Positions 1 to 7,911 of a stretch of 36,739 nt of DNA are shown piece after piece. The stretch is from a virus (Duplodnaviria; Caudoviricetes), in the IMG/VR virus record IMGVR_UViG_3300014658_000106, positions 1-36,739 of that record; one strand, written 5' to 3'. The position numbers were made by a program, and so were the translations under genes. Positions within the stretch are counted from its first letter, which is position 1; each line of letters begins with the position of its first letter. The notes under the pieces are model-generated. The model was given only the letters and a program-made list of their open reading frames with translations, did no database searches and was not told the origin of the DNA.

Positions 1-118
1 CGCCGCTACGGACGCCGCTACGCGCGACGCTACGGCCGCCGCTACGTACGCCGCTACGGACGCCGCTACGGACGCCGCTACGCGCGACGCTACGGTCGAC
101 GCTACGGACGCCGCTAGC
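1..118 (+). repeat. 12-bp tandem repeat NNC-G(C/A)C-GCT-ACG, ~10 units (3' end of the array that starts at 35708)
   Basis: Units such as gacgccgctacg, cgcgacgctacg and tacgccgctacg are read directly; the last unit degenerates to gacgccgctagc. Confidence 0.97.
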
Positions 119-889
119 GGCACCCGCGATCTTTCCCGCTGGTACGTGATCGATGATCTTGTTCCATTGTCTGAGAAGTTCGGCGGAAAACAGGCTCTTG
201 AATGCGCCTACCTTGCCTATCGGATGTGGAACGGCGGAAACCAGTGGTCGGCGTGGCCCGCGTTCCTGTCGTTCTTCAGGCATGTGGCAAAGCTCGCTCT
301 GGACTACAGCAAGTGGGATCACTATGAGGTCGCGGCAATCGCTGGCCATCGCGTGATGCACCCGGATTTTTGTTTGGTTTCGGACAGGCCCGAGATCCTT
401 ACCGTGGACTCCGAGAACCGACCGCACGGGGAAAACGGCCCGTTCTGTAGGTGGCGCGATGGCTTCGCATTGTATTCCTGGCACGGAAATAGGATCCCCG
501 CCTGGATGATTGAGCACAAGGAACGGATCACTCCGGAGCTAATCGACGCAGAGAATAATACTGAGATCCGGCGCGCCATGACTGAGATCTACGGCGAGGC
601 CCGCTACATGCAGGATTCTGGGGCTGAGATCATTCACCGTGATGAGTTCGGCGAGCTGATGCGAAAGGAGATCCCTGGGGACGAGCCACTCGTGATGGTG
701 CGCGTGAAAAACTCAACGCAGGAGCCTGACGGGAGCTTCAAGACGTATTTCTTGCCCGTGCACCCGGAATTGCGGCCGCTGTTGCCAGGCGGGGAGCTGG
801 GCGAGCCTCAGGAACTGACGGCAAAGGCGGCAGTCGCCTCGACGTTTGGTTTGCGCGCCGAGGAGTATGACCCGGTGATTGAGACATGA
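2..889 (+). CDS. C-terminal part of a DUF6745-like protein (5'-truncated; likely continuation of the CDS starting at 35438)
   Basis: The frame is open from base 2 (AATDAATRDAT...SGTRDLSRWYVIDD) and in frame with ORF 146..889. Motifs SDRPEIL..D.ENRPHGENGP..RWRDGFALYSWHG, N.EIRR and V.VKNSTQEPDGS.KTYFL.V are typical of DUF6745 proteins. Confidence 0.85.
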   Translation, partial: AATDAATRDATAAATYAATDAATDAATRDATVDATDAASGTRDLSRWYVIDDLVPLSEKFGGKQALECAYLAYRMWNGGNQWSAWPAFLSFFRHVAKLALDYSKWDHYEVAAIAGHRVMHPDFCLVSDRPEILTVDSENRPHGENGPFCRWRDGFALYSWHGNRIPAWMIEHKERITPELIDAENNTEIRRAMTEIYGEARYMQDSGAEIIHRDEFGELMRKEIPGDEPLVMVRVKNSTQEPDGSFKTYFLPVHPELRPLLPGGELGEPQELTAKAAVASTFGLRAEEYDPVIET

Positions 890-988
890 TGAGCGCCCCA
901 AGCGCATGGCAGATCGCCCTCGGGAAGGCTGCGGCGTCGAGGACCCCAGATGAATTCCGAGACGTGCTGCTTTCTATTGCGAGAAGCG

Positions 989-1381
989 CTAAGCAGTAGC
1001 CGGAGGCACGATCACGCAAAGCACCTTGTGCTGGGCGATGATCTCCCTCACCCGCCTAGAGCAGACGATGCACCCATCTGACGCGGTGTGATTCTGCTGT
1101 GGGTTGTCGCCGTGGCAATAGAAATCACCCCTGCCCCACATCTCATTGGTCGGATCTGGCGTGAGCGGAATCGAAAACTCACCCGTCGACTGTAGTCGGT
1201 CTTCCGGCGTCCCGATCATATACATGCCCGGGGGAAGCGGCCCCTCACCGTGCTGGTCGATGGCGTCAGGATTGTTCATCCACACGCCGTGACCAGCGTA
1301 GCCAGTGCCCAGGGTCAGCGTCTCGCCTGTGTCATCGTCTATCGAGCTGATCTTGCCTGTGGGGATCTCGTAGACGATCAT
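989..1381 (-). CDS. Tlde1/DUF2778-family L,D-transpeptidase-fold protein, putative endolysin
   Basis: GYAGHG..NNP, GPLPPGMY, RGDFYCHGD and ASDGCI motifs (His/Cys catalytic pair). Start moved to the ATG at 1381, behind an AGGAGG RBS. Confidence 0.8.
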   Translation of the reverse strand: MIVYEIPTGKISSIDDDTGETLTLGTGYAGHGVWMNNPDAIDQHGEGPLPPGMYMIGTPEDRLQSTGEFSIPLTPDPTNEMWGRGDFYCHGDNPQQNHTASDGCIVCSRRVREIIAQHKVLCVIVPPATA

Positions 1382-1517
1382 CGATTGCCTCCTGAAGAAT
1401 GCGGCGTGCACTGATGGGACTGGCTTCCGGCTTCCCCTTTTGCCTTTCGTCCTTGTAGCCCTTGCAGAACAGGCAGCCGTTGCGTTGGTGCTTGGGGCGT
1501 CGGCGCTTGAAGTTCAT
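1332..1517 (-). CDS. Small basic protein with CxxC (MNFKRRRPK...GCLFCK)
   Basis: ATGA overlap with the stop of 1514..1813 and a GGAGG upstream; overlaps the Tlde1-like gene by 50 bp. Confidence 0.5.
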   Translation of the reverse strand: MNFKRRRPKHQRNGCLFCKGYKDERQKGKPEASPISARRILQEAIDDRLRDPHRQDQLDRR

Positions 1518-1813
1518 TCCTCATCCCTCCGGCGCCGAGCCTCAAACTCCTCCGGGCTGAGCGGACGCATCCCGGAACGTGACTGTGGTGAGCGCTGCAC
1601 CACCTGCGTTGGGGCGTCCAGGATCCCATTCCGTAGCATGGCGTCGCGCATGTCATTAACCACGCTCTCAATGTGGTCGAACCGCCGGTGCATCCCGACC
1701 ACGCTCTTCTGCTGGACGGCGTTATGGACCAGCCAGCCAACGAATCCCACCGCAGCGGGAACCAGGATCAGGCCAACGGCTTCGACGATGAGGAGGGCGC
1801 TCTCGGTGGTCAT
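1514..1813 (-). CDS. Single-TM membrane protein, possible holin/antiholin
   Basis: N-terminal hydrophobic segment (LLIVEAVGLILVPAAVGFVGWLV), then a coiled and charged tail; lies just upstream of the putative endolysin. Confidence 0.55.
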   Translation of the reverse strand: MTTESALLIVEAVGLILVPAAVGFVGWLVHNAVQQKSVVGMHRRFDHIESVVNDMRDAMLRNGILDAPTQVVQRSPQSRSGMRPLSPEEFEARRRRDEE

Positions 1814-2031
1814 GCTAGCCCCTGGTCATTTTCGTGATCCCTCATCAGGGAGAACATCATGTCGCTCAAGTGCAGCTCGTCCCGTCCCTGATCGGCACAC
1901 ATCCGCACCCCGACGGTAAACAGCAGAGCAGCGGCGGACTTCTCGTCCCCACCAGTAAGTTTCAGCGCTGATTGGATCAGCTCCGTTACCCGTCGGCAGT
2001 ATTCCAGCTCCCGTTCCGTTAGAGTGTTCAT
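1810..2031 (-). CDS. Hypothetical protein (73 aa)
   Basis: AGGAGG upstream; its stop overlaps the start of the next gene. Confidence 0.6.
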   Translation of the reverse strand: MNTLTERELEYCRRVTELIQSALKLTGGDEKSAAALLFTVGVRMCADQGRDELHLSDMMFSLMRDHENDQGLA

Positions 2032-2046
2032 TAGCCACGGCGCCTC

Positions 2047-2352
2047 CTACCGAGCTGGGGTGAGGTCGATGTAGTAGTAACCGCCGAGGGTAGGGGCAGG
2101 CCCGAAACTGGCCGGGAGGCTGATCTTGAACTGAATCGTCCCCTGATTCGTGACTGCCTGGTAGGCCGCATCCTGAGATGCTTGGCTCTGACGCAACGTA
2201 ACCACGTAGCTAACGCTGGAACCGGCATCGCCGATCCCGTAGCTCGAGATCGTCTCGACGTTCACGCATTGATAGATAAGCGCGTGAGGGTTAACGCCAC
2301 CGTCGCCGATGGTTCCAAGTGCCAAGTATGCTGCCAAAACGAGAGCGTGCAT
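2047..2352 (-). CDS. Hypothetical protein with signal-peptide-like N-terminus
   Basis: MHALVLAAYLALG start, GAGGA RBS, contains DGG and DAG motifs. Confidence 0.7.
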   Translation of the reverse strand: MHALVLAAYLALGTIGDGGVNPHALIYQCVNVETISSYGIGDAGSSVSYVVTLRQSQASQDAAYQAVTNQGTIQFKISLPASFGPAPTLGGYYYIDLTPAR

Positions 2353-2361
2353 TGTGTCCTC

Positions 2362-3879
2362 CTAGCAGCAAGAGCCGCTACAACAGTTTGTGAATCCAAT
2401 CGTCGTACAATTGTTGCCACACGAGCCGCAGTTGTAGGGGTCGGTGTTGCTGTCTGAGCATGTCGCGTTGCAGCACTGATTGTCTTCGTAGTTCGAGCAA
2501 GGGTTGTCGCACTCGCCGCAGTTGAAGACGTCGGTGTTCCCGTTCACGCAAGAGCCAGAGCAGCAAAGGTCATCGCCCTCGTTGTAACAGTTGTTTCCGC
2601 AACCGCCGCAGTTGGTGGGACTGCTGGATGTATCGGTGCACTCGCCACCGCAGCATGGCTCACTGGTGCAGAATGTTCCGCAACCGCCGCAGTTATCTGG
2701 GTCCGTGTTGGTGTTTGAGCAGCTCCAGTAACTACCAAAATAGCAGCACGCGTTATCGCCTTCGCTCAAGCAGTCATTTCCACAACCACCGCAGTTTGCA
2801 ATCGTATTGGCGCACTGCCCATCACCGTCGACTACGCAGCAATAAGGGGTTTGCGCCTCATAGGGACACGAGTAGCCACAAGACCCGCAGTTGTTCGGGT
2901 CCATTGATGTATCGATGCATTCCTCGCCAGAGCAAACGGTGACCGGCGGGTAAGGCCCGCAACACATGCCGTAAAGACACGCCCACTCCCCCGAGCCGCA
3001 GTTGTAACCGCACGTCCCGCAGTTGTTGGGGTCTTGCTCGGTGTTGGTGCAAGTCCCGTTGCAACATGTGTTGGTGTTGCAGATGTTGCTGCAAGTCCCG
3101 CAGTTGTTGTCGTCAGTGAGCTGATCGACGCAGCTACCCCCGCAGCAGATCTCCTGTGCGATGGCACCTGCGTCATCCGTGATTTCGGGACAGACGTTTC
3201 CGCATCCGCCACAGTTGTCGTTGTCGTACTGCGTATTGACGCAATTGCCGTAACCGCCCGCGTCGTAGCAGTAGGTCGGTGCGCCCGTCGCAGAACAGCA
3301 CTGGCCATTGACGCAACCGTCTTGGTATCCGCTGCAGTAGATACCGCATCCACCGCAGTTGTAGTTATTGGTAAGGCTATTCGAGCATCCGCTGCTGGGG
3401 CAGCATTGATTCTGCTGACCCCCATCGTAATATCCTGCGTCAAAGCAGTTGCTGCCACACGTCAGGCAGTTGAGCGGGTCGGTGGCCGTGTTGGTGCAGT
3501 CACCAGCGCAACACGTCGCGCCACCGCCAGCATCGCAGAAGACCCCGCATCCCCCGCAATTGTTCGTATCGGTCGCGGTGTTGATGCACATGAAATCAAA
3601 GCCGCAACGACCGTTTGGGCATTCGGTGAAGTAGGTGTCGCCGCCATCGTAGGACACCCACCCGCAGTCACTGAACCCCGCGTCGCACTCGCAATCGTTT
3701 GCGGTGCAACTTGCCCCGAAGTCGCAAGCCACACCGCATCCAGCGCAGTTGTCGGATGTGTTCAGCGGGACGCACCCGCTCGTCGGAGTGCACTGGTAGC
3801 TACCCTCGGGGCAGCACATGCTAGCCTGCTGCGAGATGTAGCCTGGTGGCCCGATGGCCAATAGCAGAGCAAGGATCAT
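2362..3879 (-). CDS. Cys-rich protein with 13 Stig1-like repeats (T/S-D-x-x-N-C-G-x-C-G-x-x-C) and a short hydrophobic N-terminus
   Basis: 505-aa ORF; I counted 13 N-C-x-x-C-x-x-x-C units. Starts MILALLLAIG and has an ATGA overlap with the upstream gene. Confidence 0.88.
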   Translation of the reverse strand: MILALLLAIGPPGYISQQASMCCPEGSYQCTPTSGCVPLNTSDNCAGCGVACDFGASCTANDCECDAGFSDCGWVSYDGGDTYFTECPNGRCGFDFMCINTATDTNNCGGCGVFCDAGGGATCCAGDCTNTATDPLNCLTCGSNCFDAGYYDGGQQNQCCPSSGCSNSLTNNYNCGGCGIYCSGYQDGCVNGQCCSATGAPTYCYDAGGYGNCVNTQYDNDNCGGCGNVCPEITDDAGAIAQEICCGGSCVDQLTDDNNCGTCSNICNTNTCCNGTCTNTEQDPNNCGTCGYNCGSGEWACLYGMCCGPYPPVTVCSGEECIDTSMDPNNCGSCGYSCPYEAQTPYCCVVDGDGQCANTIANCGGCGNDCLSEGDNACCYFGSYWSCSNTNTDPDNCGGCGTFCTSEPCCGGECTDTSSSPTNCGGCGNNCYNEGDDLCCSGSCVNGNTDVFNCGECDNPCSNYEDNQCCNATCSDSNTDPYNCGSCGNNCTTIGFTNCCSGSCC

Positions 3880-4376
3880 CGAATCCCGTTGGAAGGCGTG
3901 CCGGCGTCAGGTGAATTTTGCTCCTGACCTGGCGTAGCAACGCACCAGACTTTGGTTCCGGCGCCCCATTGCACGCATTGATTGCTGGGAAGCATCGTGC
4001 CGACATTCGTGCCGGCATCGATGGCGAACTGACCGCTAAGGGCCGGCGTCTGCCCATACCAGATGGGGTTGCTGCCATTGTTGCAGAACTGCGCCGAGGA
4101 ATAGCCGCTAATACACCCGATCTGCGTCCCATAGCCCTGGCATAGCGTCATGCAGCTCGAGCCGGCATCCTGGCCGTTTTCGACGTATACCGGCAGAGTG
4201 CCGCCGCTATTGCCGCCGTCACCATTGCCGATCTGGGATGACAGAATCAGCCGCCCATACTGGTCCACCGCAACGGGTACGTTGTTGCCGGCGTCGACCT
4301 GGCCAACCATCAGGTTCGGAGGTGAATTGTTCCAGGGGTTAGTGGCTAGCAGCCAGGCCGCGACGAGCTTCCACAT
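3876..4376 (-). CDS. Hypothetical protein with signal-peptide-like N-terminus and DAG motifs
   Basis: Start placed at MWKLVAAWLLA (ATG 4376), just after the stop of 4379..4702; 4 DAG plus 1 DGG and several Cys. Confidence 0.7.
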   Translation of the reverse strand: MWKLVAAWLLATNPWNNSPPNLMVGQVDAGNNVPVAVDQYGRLILSSQIGNGDGGNSGGTLPVYVENGQDAGSSCMTLCQGYGTQIGCISGYSSAQFCNNGSNPIWYGQTPALSGQFAIDAGTNVGTMLPSNQCVQWGAGTKVWCVATPGQEQNSPDAGTPSNGIR

Positions 4377-4378
4377 GG

Positions 4379-4702
4379 CTATTGCCCAACACGCGCTTTG
4401 ATGAAGCTGACTTGCCCGGTGCCAGTCGATGCCAAAGCGTGCACCACAAGGCCGGGGGCGAGCCGGATGGGCTGGTGCGGGAAGGTGGATGTCACCGGGA
4501 TCAGAGCGTTGGCGCTGGTCGCAGCGGCACCGGTGTTGATGTAAGCCGGCTCGCCAGCCACAACAAAATACCACCATGAGCTCTGATCCGTCATTTGCCC
4601 GGAATTGCCCTGAGCCGGGATGGTCCCGCTGGCATCCGTGCCGGACGTGGCAATCACTACAGTCGTGGTGAAATCAGGCGTGAACAGTGAAAGCGAAGCC
4701 AT
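4379..4702 (-). CDS. Small beta-rich probable virion protein, paralog of 4712..5041
   Basis: Shares LFTPD, TIPAQ.NSG.M.DQSSWWY, ALIP, VVHAL and ARVGQ with its neighbour; AGGAG RBS. Confidence 0.8.
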   Translation of the reverse strand: MASLSLFTPDFTTTVVIATSGTDASGTIPAQGNSGQMTDQSSWWYFVVAGEPAYINTGAAATSANALIPVTSTFPHQPIRLAPGLVVHALASTGTGQVSFIKARVGQ

Positions 4703-4711
4703 TGTTGTCTC

Positions 4712-5041
4712 CTATTGCCCAACCCGGGCACGAACCAAAGAAACCTGACCCTGTACCGAAGTCCCCAGGGCATGGACAACCGTTCCCGGGACTATCCTTA
4801 CCGGAAGCGAAAGCATACCCTGGGGGATTAGAGCGCAGCTGCCGTCATTGAGCGCTGCACTGTTGTAATTGATAAAGGTCGCACCGCCGGCAATGACGAT
4901 GTACCACCAGGATGATTGGTCAATCATGGCGCCGGAATTGTGCTGCGCCGGGATCGTCGCAGAGTTGTCGGTCATCGACGTGAGGATGTTGACCGTCGAG
5001 GTGCTAGTGAGATCAGGCGTAAAGAGCGTCATGGCTGACAT
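4712..5041 (-). CDS. Small beta-rich probable virion protein, paralog of 4379..4702
   Basis: Same shared motifs; TAATG coupling to the upstream gene. Confidence 0.8.
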   Translation of the reverse strand: MSAMTLFTPDLTSTSTVNILTSMTDNSATIPAQHNSGAMIDQSSWWYIVIAGGATFINYNSAALNDGSCALIPQGMLSLPVRIVPGTVVHALGTSVQGQVSLVRARVGQ

Positions 5042-7911
5042 TAGGACTCCCTCGCATTTTCCATCCTGCCAGCTCCAAAAGCTGTGTCTTCGCTAAATGT
5101 CAGCTTATCTAATCCTGCGGCTCTTGGCTTCTTCTGCTTTCCAGGTCCGGGATGTGCCATTGATCCCTGTGCAGATGCGATCGCCGATTGTTGAAACGCG
5201 ATCTGGTCCGGAGCCAAATCAGGCGACACCGGCGTTCCAAGCAGAGTCGAAATGGCCTGCTTTTGCTCATAGGACAGCACCTTGGTTTTGGGCATGTCTA
5301 GAAGCTTCTGCGTTACGGCCTGCCTAATTGCCTGCAATGTGTGTGGGGACGCCTGTGCTGCAGCTGCCACCATGTCCGGAGTTAGGGTTCCTTCCTGCAT
5401 GCTGCCGGTGATGGTTCCCACTGGGTCTTTGACCACTGAATAGGTGCGTTCGAACGCCGCAACTTGCATCGGGTCCGGCATGGCTTCGTGCTTATCTTGT
5501 GGCAGCATTCCGGCCGGCGGCGGCGGCGGCAAAGCCTGGGCTAGCACCTGCAGCTTGTTCAGAGCCGTCGTCTTGAGCGCCTGGGCATGCAGTGGGAAGC
5601 CGCCGTCCCTGAACTTCTGAGTCCCCATCTCGAGCCGCTGGTTCACCAGCGTCGGGCTGCTCGCCAGATTACGGATCTCATCGGCCCGCTGATTGAAAGC
5701 CTGCTCCGGCTTGGGCCCTTTACCGGCGCCGGAATTGAAGGTGCGGTCGCCCTCGAGAGCGCCCATCGTCATGGTCTTGTTGATGGCGGTGCGCACCGGC
5801 TGCGAAGTCATGAATTTGCCGATACCGCTGGCGATGGCCTTGCCCTGTTTCTCGGCAGCTGACTTCATGTAACCGAGCACTTCAGCAGCCATCGCCGGGT
5901 TTTTAGCGTTGCGCCACACCTGCCCAGCCAGGAAAGCGGCCTGTCCAACAGGTCCGCCAAGGTGGGCGAAAGCAGCGTCACGGATGGCGCTGACAGCACC
6001 TGCCCCAATGGGTGTGTGGGCTAGCGCCTGCGCCGCAACAGCCTGATTGCGTCCCTTAACCACGTCGCTAAGGACATCTTTGAGCGCTGAATGATCGACA
6101 GTCTGCCCGGCGTTTTTTGCAGTCTGAGCAGACACGTCGGCGAACTGCCGGACAGCGCCTAGATAGTTGTCGAGCAGCGCCTTGCCTTCCTCTGCAGAAA
6201 TCTTACCCAGGGCGATATTCTTGATCAGGGTCTGCATCTTCGAACCCTTGATGACGACATCTCCAGCCCTACCGCCAACCTTTTGCGCATCGACGCCTAG
6301 GACCTTGCTGATACCGTCAGAAGCATTTTTGAGATCAGTGAACGCTTTGTTGGATGCCAGATGCGCAGCGACTTCGGCTTTCCCGAAGATCGCGTCGTTT
6401 TCCATCAGGCTGTAGATTGGCTGACGGATCTTGTCGATGATTGCATTGCGTGTGCGCTCTTCCAGTCCAGTAGCGTTCCCTTCGAAATCCTTGAGGTGAT
6501 CTAGGTATTGACCAAGCTTTCGTCCGGCGTTTGATATGTCCTTGATGCTGTCGGCGTTTTCATATGCAGACCGGAAATCTTCTACTAATCCGTTGACGTG
6601 ATTGATCTGTCCGCGGTCGAAATATTCCTTTGCGGCGCCCCCGTTGAGCTCTACCTGCCCGGGCTGGATCAGCGATTCATCTAGATTCTTGGTGTATTGC
6701 TTCGCTTCCGTCAGATTCATCTCGCTATTCGCGCCGATGTTCTTCTCCATCTCCTTCGGGCGATTCACGTCGTAATGCTCATTGACCATGTCGGCTGTTG
6801 CGTCGCCGAGCTTGTCCATGGTCTTGCCTAGTTCGCGCACTTCATTGTTCGCAACGACGGTGCGTGGCGACGGGCTTCCGGGGCCAGCCTTAAACGCCTG
6901 CTCTTGAATGCCCTTAACGCCCTGCTCTGCGGCTTCTTTGCCCGTTTGCTCGGTAATATCCGAACGCAGGGCGGCAGTAGCAGACCCGAGCATGTCCGTG
7001 AGCTTGTCGGACGCCTTGGACGTGAGGTCCATCACCTTCGTGAATGGATTCGGGATGAATTCGGCCGCCTGCTGCAATCCGATATCCCCGAAGAACCCCA
7101 ACGCCGCATTGGAAAGCCCGGCGTGAAGCATGCTCTCGGACTGGGCGGCGGGATCTCCGATCTCGCGCTCGCTGAGATTGTTTTGAACGCCCTGGGCCCC
7201 GAATAGGACCGCCTGACCAGCGGCGCCAACCGGATCGAAGGCGGCGGCTGCTCGAGCCGCGAGACCAGTCGGCGGCGGAACCTTCGGGGCGCCTGCTGCC
7301 AGAGCCTTCGCAGTGGCGACCGTTGCATCCGTGGCAGGGGCTACGGCGGCAGCGCCTTCACCAAGCGCCCCGGCACCCTCTGCGGCGGCTGTAGCGCCTT
7401 CGCCAAGGCCTGCAGCGCCTTCCAGGAGGCCCTTACCGGCCGCGCCTGCCAGGTCCTCACCTATGGCAGCGCCAGCGCCTAGGCCGCCCGTAAGCGCGCC
7501 AATGCCTAGCGCTTGTGTGACATTTCCGGCCCCCTGCAATATGGGGCTGATGACCGGATTACCCTCTGCTAAGTATTTCTGTTGCTCAAGGCTGGGTCCG
7601 CCGCCCTTGGCTATGGCTGTGCGAGCGAACGGCACAAGACCGCCAGCGAATGCCAATCCGCCAGCTTCAAGGGGATGATTGGCAGCCTCTTGCCTTAGCG
7701 CGAGATCCTTGGCAATCGCATGCGTGGTCGGCTTCCACTGATTGCGGATCGCGTTCTGGACCTGATCGGGATCAACCAGCTGCGGGTTGCCACTCGGATC
7801 CAGCATCGGGATCGGGCTATTGGGAACTAGCTCTCCCGACCCATACTTTGCGGCAAGTTCCGCATCGTCGATGGGTATGACCTTTCCATCTGGGCCGCTA
7901 ATGTTCGCCAT
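5041..7911 (-). CDS. Large Ala/Gly-rich helical protein, probable internal virion (ejection) protein
   Basis: 956 aa, third of three TAATG-coupled ORFs after the nozzle-like gene. Composition and position fit podoviral DNA-ejection proteins (function inferred). Confidence 0.7.
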   Translation of the reverse strand: MANISGPDGKVIPIDDAELAAKYGSGELVPNSPIPMLDPSGNPQLVDPDQVQNAIRNQWKPTTHAIAKDLALRQEAANHPLEAGGLAFAGGLVPFARTAIAKGGGPSLEQQKYLAEGNPVISPILQGAGNVTQALGIGALTGGLGAGAAIGEDLAGAAGKGLLEGAAGLGEGATAAAEGAGALGEGAAAVAPATDATVATAKALAAGAPKVPPPTGLAARAAAAFDPVGAAGQAVLFGAQGVQNNLSEREIGDPAAQSESMLHAGLSNAALGFFGDIGLQQAAEFIPNPFTKVMDLTSKASDKLTDMLGSATAALRSDITEQTGKEAAEQGVKGIQEQAFKAGPGSPSPRTVVANNEVRELGKTMDKLGDATADMVNEHYDVNRPKEMEKNIGANSEMNLTEAKQYTKNLDESLIQPGQVELNGGAAKEYFDRGQINHVNGLVEDFRSAYENADSIKDISNAGRKLGQYLDHLKDFEGNATGLEERTRNAIIDKIRQPIYSLMENDAIFGKAEVAAHLASNKAFTDLKNASDGISKVLGVDAQKVGGRAGDVVIKGSKMQTLIKNIALGKISAEEGKALLDNYLGAVRQFADVSAQTAKNAGQTVDHSALKDVLSDVVKGRNQAVAAQALAHTPIGAGAVSAIRDAAFAHLGGPVGQAAFLAGQVWRNAKNPAMAAEVLGYMKSAAEKQGKAIASGIGKFMTSQPVRTAINKTMTMGALEGDRTFNSGAGKGPKPEQAFNQRADEIRNLASSPTLVNQRLEMGTQKFRDGGFPLHAQALKTTALNKLQVLAQALPPPPPAGMLPQDKHEAMPDPMQVAAFERTYSVVKDPVGTITGSMQEGTLTPDMVAAAAQASPHTLQAIRQAVTQKLLDMPKTKVLSYEQKQAISTLLGTPVSPDLAPDQIAFQQSAIASAQGSMAHPGPGKQKKPRAAGLDKLTFSEDTAFGAGRMENARES

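Noticed and set aside
886-998. 37-aa ORF coupled to the DUF6745-like stop
   Set aside because: Too short, with no motif; it may be real but cannot be supported from sequence alone.
3034-3864. Long plus-strand ORFs opposite structural genes (also 20280..20990 and 28786..29487)
   Set aside because: They are antisense to well-supported genes in GC-rich DNA and show no recognisable motifs.
2362-3879. Multiheme cytochrome or polyferredoxin
   Set aside because: There is no His, so no CxxCH, and the spacing is CxxCxxxC rather than CxxCxxCxxxC.
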